Under the pieces are notes generated by a model that saw only the letters and a list, made by a program, of their open reading frames with translations, ran no database searches and was not told the DNA's origin. DNA of 64,000 nt from Octopus vulgaris (taxonomy: Eukaryota): positions 54,498,001 to 54,562,000 of the forward strand of contig OX597817.1 of the NCBI GenBank assembly GCA_951406725.2, read 5' to 3'. The position numbers and the translations under genes were made by a program. Numbering within the stretch: the stretch's first letter is position 1; the number at the start of each line of letters is the position of its first letter. Shown one piece after another: positions 44,168 to 57,960 of this stretch.

Positions 44168-44478
44168 CTCCCTCTCTCTTTCTGTCGCTCCATATATATA
44201 TATGTCTGTATGTGTGTGAGTGTCTGTATGCGTTTTGCATGTGTGTGCGTGTTTGTGTGTAGATATGCTTCTACAAGCATACACACACTACACACACTAC
44301 ACACACACACATATATACATATATGTGCCCCTATGTGGTGATATCTCTGTCTATGTGTATAAATGTACGTTTCCATTATGTATATATAAATACACCTATA
44401 TATAAACGCGATTACATATACACATAATCTTTAATATAATCATAGGAATTCATACATATATATGTATATATGTATATA

Positions 44479-44518
<40 letters not shown>

Positions 44519-44606
44519 TATATGTGTGTATATATATATATATATACATAAACACACATATGAGCATGTATACATATATATATATATGTATATATGTATA
44601 TATGTA

Positions 44607-44652
<46 letters not shown>

Positions 44653-44734
44653 TATATATATGTGTGTATATATATACATACACACACATATAATCATATA
44701 TATATATATACACACATGTATGCATTTATTTATA

Positions 44735-45035
44735 TAGCATCAAGTCCATCTGAGTTCAGGACCAGGTACTGTAATAAGTGTTCAATGTCAGACAAAAAGG
44801 TGAAAGTAGATGTCTGCCAAAAAGGAAATAGACATCCCCTTTTCTGCAATACCGGATCAACCAAAAGCCAACAGACGAGGACTGTGGAATCGAAATCCCT
44901 TATACACCAAATGGGACAAAGACACATACAGGTGCGGTGATGTAAAACGCCCCAGCCTGAGGAAATAAAAAAGAACATAGAGGTGCTCCAGCATGACCGT
45001 AACCGCGGGGCTGAAACGAGTAAAAGAGCAAAATA
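44735..45035 (+). mobile_element. CR1-group LINE 3' fragment
   Basis: [11 protein letters not shown] and GGTGCTCCAGCATGACC tail; similar to 14651-14950. Confidence 0.7.
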
Positions 45036-45041
45036 CTAAAG

Positions 45042-45122
<81 letters not shown>

Positions 45123-45251
45123 TATATGTATCTATGTATATATTTGTGTATATATGTGTGTGTATATGTATGTTGTGCGTACATATATATAGAAAATAGA
45201 AAATAATATGATATTAAAAAATATAGAGGTACGTTTATAATATACATAAAT

Positions 45252-45687
45252 GGGTGCAGGAGTGGCTGTGGTGCAAGAAGCTTGCTTACCAACAACATGT
45301 TTGCGGGTTCAGTCCCACTGCATGGCATCTGGGGCAAGTGTCTTCTACTATACCCTCGGGCCGACCAAAGACTCGTGAGTGGATTTGGTAGACGGAAACT
45401 AAAAAAAGCCCGTCGTATATACATACACACACACACACATATATATACATATATATACTCTTTACTCTCTCTCTTTTACTTGTTTCAGTAATTTGACTGC
45501 GGCCATGCTGGAGCACCACCTTTAATCGAGCAACTCACCCCGGGACTTATTCTTTTGTAAGCCCAGTACTTATTCTATCGGTCTCTTTTGCCGAACCACT
45601 AAGTAACGGGGACATAAACACACCACCATCGGTTGTCAAGCAATGCTAGGGGGACAAACAGAGACACACAAACATATACACACTCAA

Positions 45688-45738
<51 letters not shown>

Positions 45739-46048
45739 GACAGGCTTCTTTTAGGAAAGAAGGAAAGAAGGAGGGTTTAACGTTTCGAGCGGAAACATAG
45801 GAGAAGGGAACACAGAGGAAACAAAAATCGCCAACGGTACACACGCGGTCACATGTATACAGACACACACATATAAGTATATATATATATATATAGTTAT
45901 ACTTATATACATATATATACATATAGATATATAGACATATATTTTTGTATATACAACGGGCTTCTTTCAGTTTCCCTCCACCATGTCAGTCAGAAGCCTT
46001 AGATCGGCTCCAGGCTATAGTAGAAATCACTTAACCAAGTTGCCACTG
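45252..46048. mobile_element. Nested SINE A pieces in both orientations plus a deleted hammerhead element (45752-45857, minus)
   Basis: Head(+) 45252-45417, tail(-) 45458-45680, head(-) 45955-46048. Confidence 0.8.
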
Positions 46049-46251
46049 TATGTATGTATATGTATATACATATACATATGCATGTATGTATATGTATATA
46101 CATATACATATACATACATATACATATACATATACATACATATACATATACATATACATACATATACATACATACGTATATATATATATATATATATATA
46201 TAAGAATGTAATGTACAAATATAACTATGAAGTAAATAAATGAATAAATAA

Positions 46252-46306
<55 letters not shown>

Positions 46307-46512
46307 ACTATGAATAGCTAGATAAATTTATTTGTTTATGCAGAAACAAGCTCTGACACCTGCCCACATTCATACCTATACACAGTCATATATTCATATA
46401 TGCATACATACATGTATGTAGGGTGGGTTGTCATATTTATGTATATATAAATATATGTGTGTGTGTATGTGTATGTGTGTGTGTGTGTGAAATGTAGCAC
46501 ATAATATTTATA

Positions 46513-46552
<40 letters not shown>

Positions 46553-46770
46553 ATATTATTGTCTGGGGAAAGTTATTCTCTTTTAGTGCCCTATTACTCA
46601 ACACTCTCACCGGTTAAATTCCCAGCATTTACATTCTTATGTTTTATAAAATTTTCGTCGGGTTTTGCAACCTCTTTCATGGTCGTTGACTGTCTGTCTA
46701 TATATTTAGGGAGGTAGACAGATAGAAAAATAGATAGATAGATATGCATAAATATATATATCTATATATA

Positions 46771-46801
<31 letters not shown>

Positions 46802-46923
46802 CAATTAAGGACTGCACACGAAAAGTGGACAGTCAACATGCTAGATATAGACGTCAAATCGCCATTCTCCACAAAAAGTTTATGTTCTCAGATCAAACTC
46901 AACAAAACCAAAGCAGTAAACAA

Positions 46924-46957
<34 letters not shown>

Positions 46958-47086
46958 GCGTATATATAAATATATGTAGAGAGAGAGAGAGAGGGGGGAG
47001 AGAGTAAAAGAGAGAGGTTACACTAATACACCTGTTTATTGTTTATACACCTATATTCGTCTTTTGTTACTCTGTATATTTCAACC

Positions 47087-47120
<34 letters not shown>

Positions 47121-47142
47121 GGAGAGACAGACAGAGAGTGAG

Positions 47143-47208
<66 letters not shown>

Positions 47209-49066
47209 TTATATGCATATCTTTACATTGGGAATATATGTGCTTTGGTTTTATACTTTTTATGTAATGCTTATTACATATCTAAGACATACACCTGTAA
47301 TACATACTCACACTCATACATACACTAACGCATGCGAGTGTGAGTTTTGAAATGCATATATCCACACCTACATTCAAATACACATACACACACACACGTA
47401 TATATATAGGGGCTGGCATGGCCGGGTTGTAAGAATATTGCAAATCCCTCTCTCACTCTCTCTCTCTCTATATATATACATGTGTGTGCGTGTATGTATA
47501 CGTACATGTGTGTTTGTTTTTGTCCCCCGCCACTGCTTGCCAACTGTTGTTGCTGTGTTTACTTAGTGCTTCGGCAAACGTTACCGATGGAGTAAATACC
47601 AACTTTAAAAAAGAAATATTGTGGTTGATTGATCCGACTGAAATTCTTCGAAGCTTTTCCCTAGCATGGCCGCAGTCTAATGAATGAAACAACTAAAATC
47701 TAGAACTAGAAAATCACTCGGTGAGCGCAGACCTCTGCCAAGCTCATTTTAAGATAGATACGCGAGTAAAATTACTAATAGAGAAACGAAAATAAACTTT
47801 GGAAACAGCAACACCATCATAGGTTACGTGGAAATGAACGTGTTTTCAAGGGAGATAATCAAAGAACGTAACCCTGTATTACTTCATGTAAAGTAAATAT
47901 GACAGATGAAGAATCCTTCAAGAATCCATACAAATTCCTGGATCTCTACCGAACTTTCATTATCTATTCTTTGTGTCATTACCAACTGTTCCTACAAGTT
48001 TCATCAAATTCCGTTCACAACTTTTTGAGTCATTTTGCACACAGACGAACAGACGGACACACCAATGTCAAAGGAAACATAACCCCCTTCCTTGGCGGAG
48101 GTAATAAAAGATATACAGGTTTGACCAAAAGTCACCTGACAGTAAATCAAAGCCATTTAATTCTAAGATTTATTTATGTTTAACAACTGAATGAATTTAA
48201 GAAAAGCATCTCAAAATGAAACATGAAAACTGTTCAAACCGAAGTCCTTTTTGAGCGACACATTTTTCCATTCGATTCAATACAGAATTACAGAGAGTAT
48301 TTATGGAATTTTGATTTACTTACGAGTGACTTTTGGCCAACCCTGTATACACAGGGAACATTGGTGCGAACAATACATGCTTGATAATTGCATTTGGAGT
48401 GAAAACATCTTGTAGTGTCATAGACTCTATGACACGTAGAGGGAGCTTTCTTGCTGATGTGAAACCTTTCCTGATTTAACAAGCATACCTACTCAGGCTA
48501 TAAATTCATATTTTACGTGTAGTTTTCAGTGCATATTAATAAGTTTCTTAGAAGCGCTCTGACAGGAACATCTTGAAAAGCTAAGATTTTCATAGAATCT
48601 GTTACTGTTAACGCTGAAGTTTAAATGTCCAAGACATTTCCCCCAAAGACTATCATATAACAATTAAGGTTTTTGCTGTCGAAATTTCGGCGCTGGAGTT
48701 TCGTTTCTCTGTTAGAATCCAGCTCTTCGATTTTAAGAAACTAAGAAACATCCAATTATCAAAAATTAAATAAAATTAAGTTAACATTTACACAAACATG
48801 GGCTCCATTTTGAAGTGCAGTCCAAAGGCGTAACATTTCGAGTAAGTGCCTTCCGCTGCACTCTGGCGGTTCTATTGCTTTGTGAGTGAATTTGGTAGGT
48901 GGAAACTGTGTGGAAGACTATTTAATAGTGAGAGACGTCGCCGCCGTGTATTAATTGAGTTTGATTGACATAAACACAACACTTCTTATATATTTAATGA
49001 GTAATATGACTACACATAGAAAGAGAGAAGGAAAGAAAAGGAAGCGGAGGGGGAGAGAGATAGTGG

Positions 49067-49340
49067 AAGAAGAAGAAGAAGAAGAAGAAGAAAAAGAAGA
49101 AGAAGAGGAAGAAGAAGAAAAAATAAAGAAGAAAGAAGACGAAAGAAGATGAAAGAAGAAGAAGGAAGAAGAAGAAGGAAGAAGAAGGAAGAAGAAGGAA
49201 GAAGAAGGAAGAAGAAATAGAAAGAAGAAAGAAGAAGGAAGAAGAAAAAAGAAGAAGGTGGAAGAAGAAGAAGAAGGAAGAAGAAGAAGAGGAAGGAAGA
49301 AAAAAGAAGAAGAAGAAGAAGAAGAAGAAGACGAAGAAGA
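49067..49340. repeat. GAA-rich polypurine tract
   Basis: (GAA)n and GGAAGAAGAA repeats. Confidence 0.95.
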
Positions 49341-49751
49341 GGGAGATTAAGGTGTATTAGATGATAGAAAGATTGAGAGCAAATTTTTATTTTCCATATT
49401 CAGAATTAACCCAAGGCTGGCTCGCGTGCCATACGCGGTCCGCCATCATACACTATTCAGGCTCACAACATATAAATTCACTGCAACACAATTTTTCTTT
49501 CTCAACAAGCCCTGCTATTTGATATTATCTCAAAACAAATCAAAGAAGATAAAGATGTTATCACCTTCAAACGAAACCCGGATAAATCTCTTTAAGGGAT
49601 ACCTGTGTACATCTCAGTCAATGACACCTTCCTACTTGAATGGATCCCGATACCACGAAATTTGGATTAAAAAAAGATTTAACAAATCATATCAAGTGGT
49701 GTTATTAAGTTATTCATGACAAGGACAATTCTTTGGCCGAAACATATCATA

Positions 49752-50134
49752 GGCGCAGGCCTGGCTGTGTGGTAAGTAGCTTGCTTACAAACCACATGGT
49801 TCCGGGTTCAGTCCTACTGCGTGGCACCTTGGGCAAGTTTCTTCTAATATAGCCTCGGGCTGACCAAAGCCTTGTGAGCAAATTTGGCAGACAGAAACTG
49901 AAAGAAGCCCGTCATATATATATATATGTGTGTGTGTGTCTATGTTTGACCCTACCATCACTTGATAACCGATGCTGGTGTGTTTACGTCCCTGTAACTT
50001 AGCGGTTCGGCAAAAAAGACCGATAAAATAAGTACCGGGCTTACAAAGAATACGTCCTGAGTTCGATTTGTTCGACTAAAAGACGATGCTCCAGCATGGC
50101 CGTAGTGAAATGACCGAAACGAATAAAAGAGTAA
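49752..50134 (+). mobile_element. Full-length SINE family A
   Basis: tRNA head (TGGCTGTGTGG, GGTTCAGTCC), CORE-like domain, internal (TA)n(TG)n, LINE-like tail. Confidence 0.92.
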
Positions 50135-50826
50135 GTTACCTAAATTTTATTTAAACCACCATCTTCTGCACAAAGCGAAGCAGAAATTAAACTAAGTTTA
50201 GCAGTTGAGTATATTACTGGCTGTCAATACAGGTTAGATGTGAACTAGAATGAAAACAAAATAGTCTCGGTGCTAAACAGTCCCGGGCAGTAAATGTCTA
50301 ATGTCTAAGATGTCCAGAGTCGGACCAGAGAACCAGCCGAGGACAGTTACTGGCGTTGAGCCAAATTTTGAAATCAATATTGACTTTGACTTTCGTCGTT
50401 TTGGTATCAAGAAAATATTTACCATTTGAGCACTGGGGGTCGATGTAATTGACATGGCCCCTCCCCCGCAATGTTGGCCTTGTGCCAAAAATTGAAACAA
50501 ATATTAATAGAAGATTTGTGGCTGCAAACTGACAGAACTGGTAGCCTATTGGGAGAAATGTTTGACAGCATTTCGTTCCTCTTTATGTTATGACTTAAAA
50601 TTACATCCATTTCGATTCTGCTTTGTCATCCTTCTGGGGGCGATAAATTATGTACCAGTTGAGCATTGGGGTCGTTATAATCGATATATTTATTACCTCG
50701 ACGAGCTGGCCTTGTGACAAAATTTGAAACCAATATAAAAAGAAGACGTAAGAAAACAAGAGCTTGTGGTATGCTGGTGAGAAAATTACGGAGGATGAGA
50801 GCTAAGCAGCAATAAGTAAAATTGCA

Positions 50827-51413
50827 ATGTTGTTATGAGTCCGAATATGTTTGAGGCACGTTCGAACTGAGTAACAAGCTACTCACTACGTTTTGTCACG
50901 GAGACTATATCTCGCTTGTTGACAAATGGTGTGTATACACCTAGATCAGCACGCAGCACCATCTACCTAGACTGTGAGATGCTAACATTTCGGAGTAGTT
51001 ATCTCCCTCTTCGGTCACAGAGACTAAGCAGACGACACTACGAGCTGAATGAAGAGATTACCTCCCTTATGCTTTCCCAGTTACCGTAGGATGTCTGGCA
51101 GCGCAATGCGGTGGCTCACCATAAGTAAATTACAGAGGAGGAGAGCTAAACAGGGATAAGTAAAATTGCATAAGACAGGTAATCTCTTAATAAAGCTCAT
51201 AGTGTCATCTGCTCCGTGTCTGTGACCGAAGAGGGAGATAACTACTCCGAAATGTTAGCATCTCACAGTCTAGGTAGATGGCGCTGCGAGCTGATCTAGG
51301 TGTATACACACCATTAGTCAACAAGCGAAATATATTATCCGTGACAAAACGCAGTGAGTAGCTTGTACCCCAGTTCGAACCTGCATCAAACATATTCGAA
51401 CTGATAATAACAT
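50827..51413. repeat. ~245-bp diverged inverted repeat with ~95-bp spacer
   Basis: 50827-51072 versus 51168-51413, e.g. CATCTACCTAGACTGTGAGATGCTAACATTTCGGAGTAGTTATCTCCCTCTTCGGTCACAGA exactly inverted. Confidence 0.92.
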
Positions 51414-51699
51414 AACAAGCTGCTGAGAAAATTCATGCAATTAGTCAAGTGGCCATTTTAAGGATGTGTTTTAGAGCGTAAGTGCGCAGTGTCCGGTAAA
51501 AAAAAAATGCGACTAGCGTGTTTTTTTTTTTTTACGAAAATTCAAACTCCAAATGAGATGTCAAAGAATAAAATACCTTTTCAAGATCCATCATACAAAT
51601 CTTCATCCTCTTCATCCTGTTAACGAGTTAAAAGACGAACTTTTGTTTGCAACAGGAATTCAGGAATTATAATACTTGAAATCGTCGGAAACATAGAGT

Positions 51700-51872
51700 A
51701 TGTGGCTGTGGGTTAAGAAACTTCCTTCGCAACTATATGGTTCCGGGTTCAGCCCCAGGGCGATGCAGCGCAGCTAGGGCATGAGTCTTCTACCTTAGCC
51801 TCGGGCCGACCAAAGTGTCTGGAGTGGATTTGTTAGACGGAAACTGAAACAAGTCTGTTGCACACACACACA

Positions 51873-51954
<82 letters not shown>

Positions 51955-52330
51955 AGTATAATATGCGACAATTATTTGGTTGTCATAATATTATGACAAC
52001 CAACTAATTGTCACATATTATATTTATAGAGAAATTCCTCTACTTTACATAATATCGAGGTCTCATTCATTCTTTTGTTGTCATATCATTATCATTATTA
52101 ATATATATGTGGTGGGGGTGTATCTGTCTCTGCACCTGTGTTTGTCTCCCCACCACCGCTTGACTGTTGTTGGTGTGCTTACGTGCCCGTAACTTAGCAT
52201 TTTGGCAAAGAGACCGATAGAATAAGTACCAGGCAAAAATACACAGTGCTGAGGTCGGATCACTCGACTACAAGTTCTTCAAGTCGGTGCTCCAGCATGG
52301 CTGCAATCTAGACTGAAACACGTAAAATGT
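51700..52330 (+). mobile_element. SINE A split by (CA)n and a fold-back insert at 51951-52090
   Basis: Head 51700-51860, tail 52120-52330. Confidence 0.8.
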
Positions 52331-52332
52331 TT

Positions 52333-52403
<71 letters not shown>

Positions 52404-52911
52404 GCGTGTGTGTGGTGTGTGTGTGTGTGCGGTGTGAGTGTGAGTTTGTTTGCATACATATGTATGTATGTGTGTATGTATCATGAACTCATTCTTTATT
52501 GGTTGGATCAACAAAAAATATACTTCATCCTGCGACAAATAAATACATTTTCTACTCTAGACACAAGACCCGAAAATTTTGTTTTTGTTTTTGTTCTCTT
52601 CGCTGTCATTGCTGTTAACTGCTGTTGTTGTTATAGTTGTGGTATTTTTGTTGAGGACAGAAAGCTCTTAAATAGTTTTCACTACCACATAAGTGGGATC
52701 TTAGCCTCTTTCCCTCATCCAAAACACGTAGCTCCACTCCATTGCGCTAACCTATAACACCTGTGGTCCTTTCCACAGCTGCTATTTTGAACTGGATGAA
52801 GATATCTCCTACGAGGCCATCTTCTTCAACCAAGATTCTCTCTTCGTTCGTTTACTGCCGAGAAGAGTGTCGCTGCCTTCCAAAGCAACACAGACCAACA
52901 GTCACCATATT

Positions 52912-52951
<40 letters not shown>

Positions 52952-53976
52952 TGTGACGTATCCTACTCCCTAAATATGATAGGTAGATTGCGAGTTTTCT
53001 GTTGCGTATAGGAGCTGAGGAGTGCTTCGGTTCAACGACTCTGCTTTTAACGAGGAACTTCACACTTCCGGACTACCTTGCCCTGATCACATACTCTATA
53101 TCTGCCCATGTATATTTCTGGGCTCTCTCCATCTGCGTGACTGTTATTGATTTTCTGACACAGAGAGATAGAGTACTGTTTTTCTGGTACTTGATGTCAG
53201 AAGTAATGAGACCTCGATGGAATTTTAGCTTAGTAAGTAAAGACGGACGAAATGCCGCGAAGCATTTTTCCCAGCGTGCCAATAATTCTGCCAGCTACCT
53301 GCAACAACGACGACGACGATGACCACGGCAACAACCGTATTAAATAGTTGAGAGAACAAACAGAATGTTACTGTAGGTAGCAGTCTCAAGCTTGCTACTC
53401 ATGCAAGATTCTAGGAGTTCTAACAAATCTGCGTTTTATTTTTGTAAAACATAAAATCCGTGACACAGTACAAAGCAGTGACTCTCATGGCATCTGATCG
53501 TAGTTGATTGGAAGCGTTTACATGCATAGGCATTGTTTTAATCTAAAAGATGTATAACAGTAGATTTGTTTGTCAGTTGCTTAACCATAACCAGTTGAGC
53601 ATGTCTCTAAGTGGCTGATGATATGTCCGTCTTTCATCACAAGCAGAAGTAGTGGGGAAACTTCGTGATGGATTCTTTGTGGGTTTGAATATTTCACACC
53701 CAGAAACATGGGTGTTCATTCATCATCCTTAAACAATCCTTGTTCACAAACCCATTCAGCGGGGTGAGCTACTCAACCGGGAGAAAATTCTAAATGGGCT
53801 CCACCTGCAAGGTAATGCGCTGTTTGTCTTGATATGAAATTACCATGTCGCGCATGTATGGTTGTGAAGCACGTGTCTGGTCTACCCTTATCAGACGTGT
53901 TGTCATGACGGGTATATTGGGCTTCGTATATGTGTACCTCAGCGTCTCTTTGATGGCGTGTGCTGCTCTCCTCCTC

Positions 53977-54208
<232 letters not shown>

Positions 54209-54402
54209 GTAATCATTTCTACTAAAGTCACAAGGCATGAAATTTTAGGGTACTTAATTCATTGACCTCGAAACTATGAAAGCAAAGTCGACCGCGACGG
54301 AATTTGAACTCAGAACTTTAAAACGGACGAAATGTCGCTAAGCATTTTGTCTAGCGTGTTAACGATCTTATCATGTTACCGCCTAATAATAATATTAATA
54401 AT

Positions 54403-56255
54403 AAGAGATAGTAAAGGAAAAAATAACCATTTGTTCTACATGGATAATCTGAAGCTTTTTAGTAAGAATAAAAAAGATATAACAACAATGCAGCGGTCTC
54501 AAGTCGGCGAAAATATTTCGACAAATTAAATTTAAATGTTGAAGTAAATCTAACGGTTTTTGTGTGTTTTTAAATGGCTTATAAACACCTTCCACGTTGC
54601 AATTGTTTTTGTTTCAGCACACGATCTCAGATCAAGTCACTTGCTATACAAGTACATCTCAATAAAAAATGATATAGATTCCTTAATACAACCTGTAAGA
54701 TTCTTTTCTACCCTAGGCACAAGGTCCGAAATTTTGGTGGAAGAGGTGCCAGTCGATGAGAAATACTACGAAGCATTTCGTCCTGCGTGCTAACGTTTCT
54801 CCCAGCTCGCCGCCTTAGAAGCTGTAAGATTCTAGAAGAAAGATATAAGTATGGAATTTGGCATAGCTAAGTCATGTAAGTCATAAAAAAGGAAGAGAAG
54901 TCGTCAGTGAAGGTATTTCGTTACAAGATCGCCAGACATTAAAAGCATTGAATGAAAGAGAAAGTCATAAGTATCTAGGAAGTTATATAATCTGACAGCG
55001 TACTAACAAGAGAAATGAAAGCGAAAATTCAGTAAAAGTACATAAGAAGGCCAAAGAAGGTGATATAATCGAAGGTAAATGGCCCGAATCTAGTGAAGGC
55101 CGTAAATACTTGAGCAGTATCGTAAACTTAGATATTCAGCAGCTTTTGTAGATTGGGAAAAATCTGAATTAGTAAATGTAGATAGAACTAGGAAAGATTT
55201 CAATATGAATGGAGGACTCCACCCAAGATTATATTGACTTTGAAATAAATGTGGGAGATATTTAATATCAGTAGAAGACCGTATGGTGTTAGCTAGAGTT
55301 GATATAGCCTCCTATGGAGGTAATAGTGAGGCAATTTTATTAAGAGCTGTTAGTGTAAAAATAGGAGATAGGGAAATCAAAAAGCCAAATGAAGTTAAAA
55401 GCCAGAAAAAAGAAGAAAGTTTATCTGACTGGCAACAGAAGGTTTTACCTCGTAGATTTCCAAAGATAGTGGCAGAAAATAGTAATAGTGAGACATGGCT
55501 CTGGTTGCAGAAACGAAGGCTGAAAAGTGAGACAGTAAGTTTGTTAGTAGCAGCCTAAGATCAAGCATTGAGGCCTAATTGAGTAAAAGCCAAGATAGAC
55601 AAAAATCAGGTAACTTCCCAAAGTAGTTTATGTAAATCAAAGGTGGAAAGTGTTACTGGTATAGTTAGTGAATGTAGTACCCTGGTACAGAAAAATATAA
55701 ATAAAATATGACAATTTAGGGAGAATAATCCACTGGGAGGCGTGTAAAAAGCTAAGATTTGAATATAGTGATAAGTGGTAGGAACATGAACCTAGCAACT
55801 TGCTAGAAGTAAGAAATATGAAATGTGGGATTTTAACAGTCAGACTAGCAGAGTAATAGACGCTAGAAGACCTGATTGAGTAGTAGTAGACAAAGAGAAT
55901 AGAAAATGCTAGATAATTGACTTTTAAGTCCGAAATGATGAGAAAATCATTATGAGAGGTTTTGAGAAAACAACAAAGTACCAGGAGCTATCCATTGAAT
56001 TACAGAGATTATGGAATGTGCGGGTAACATGTATTCCAGTTGTTATATAGGTACATTAGGAACTAACTCTAAAGATTTGAACAAATAGATGGAGAAAACA
56101 GGCACAAAACGTAGTCTAGTGCAGCTCCAGAAAACAGTGTTATTAGGGACAGCTAGGACACTTAGGAAGATACTTGGCATCTAAAATTATTTTTGTTATA
56201 GACCTATGTTAGGAATTGTTCTTTTCCAACAGTTTAATCTGTTATGCGTAAATGA
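54403..56255 (+). mobile_element. Decayed R4/Dong-type non-LTR retrotransposon (RT C-terminus + REL endonuclease)
   Basis: NHLFYMDNLKLF, EFGIAK, WLWLQKRRLKSETVSLLVAA*DQAL, WDF..QT..VIDARRPD, KYQELSIELQRLW; (TAA)n both sides. Confidence 0.8.
54705..54821 (-). mobile_element. Internally deleted SINE B inserted in the R4/Dong relic
   Basis: 12-bp duplication CTGTAAGATTCT at 54693-54704 and 54822-54833. Confidence 0.8.
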
Positions 56256-56258
56256 ATG

Positions 56259-56397
<139 letters not shown>

Positions 56398-56968
56398 TGA
56401 TGATGATGATGATGATGAAGATGAAAACAAACGATAATAATATATATGGCAATATACAACAACAAAATAGATTATGCAACAACAAAAAAGCCAGCAAATG
56501 AAGAAGAAATACAACAATAACAACAAATCTGAAAATGAAGAATCTGAATTGAAATTTACTATTCTCCAATCTCGGTTTGCCGAATTTCAAGAATTAAGGT
56601 GTAGATGACATTTTTCGATTAAGTTTGCCTTTGTTACATCTCTGAGAGGATTTTGTAGTTCTGAGAATAAAGTTGCGTGGCTGAGGTAGAGAGAGAGAGA
56701 GGAATCACGTACATTTGTTATAGAAATACACTCTAGATTGAAAGTTGTTGCAGAAAAGATAAGAAATAAAAGCAAGGAATCGAGTGACGACGTTTGGAGA
56801 GAAACAGAAACAGTTGCCATTATTGCTGTTGTTGTTGTTGTTGTTGTGGCTGTGGTTGTTATTATTGCTGTTGTAACCGCTCATTTTTTAATTAACCACC
56901 TGCTATAAAGGTATTTCAAACATGGCATCGGCAAACACATTCATAACGTGCACGCATACTGTGCTCTA

Positions 56969-57036
<68 letters not shown>

Positions 57037-57260
57037 CACACAGTTACACACGTATATATGTGTATATACATATATGCATATATGTATATACACACATATA
57101 TATATATATACACACACACACATATATATATATAGACATACATACACACACACAAATATATATATATATATATGCAAGCATACACAGACACACACATATA
57201 CATATAATATGCATACATATACATATACTATATTTATGAATATTTATATATATATACATA

Positions 57261-57297
<37 letters not shown>

Positions 57298-57816
57298 CAC
57301 ATACTCGCACACACACATACACACACATATATACATACCACTAAAGTTGCGACGAGTGTATATCTGTGTTAGTGTGTTTTTGATATATGTACGTATATAT
57401 GTATGTATGTTTGTATGTATGTATGTATGTATGTATGTATGTATGTATGTATGTATGTATGTATGTATGTATGTATAAACACGTGTGTTTCTATTCGTGT
57501 GTTTCTGTGTATATTTGTATGTGTTTCTGCGTACCTGTGTGTATATACACACAAGACGCAAGACGCAAATTTAAAAGATTATGGAAGTGTTTCTCGAAGT
57601 GGCACTACACTTAAAAGAACATTATTGTTAAAAGAATCCTGCTTGGTTCCCCTGTTTGTATTTATCTCGTATGCATGGATATGAACAGGTAGTTAACCAC
57701 ACGTTTTTGAAGCCTTGTTTCTCTCTTCCTCATACCCTTGGTGTTTGTGTATATATATATACGCATACACACACACACACTCACACACATACACGCTCTC
57801 TCTCTCACATATATGC

Positions 57817-57871
<55 letters not shown>

Positions 57872-57960
57872 CCTCTGTGTGTGTGTATACTTATATATAT
57901 ATGCATTTATATATATATGTTTGTGTATACAAATATGCTTGTATATATATGCATATATAT

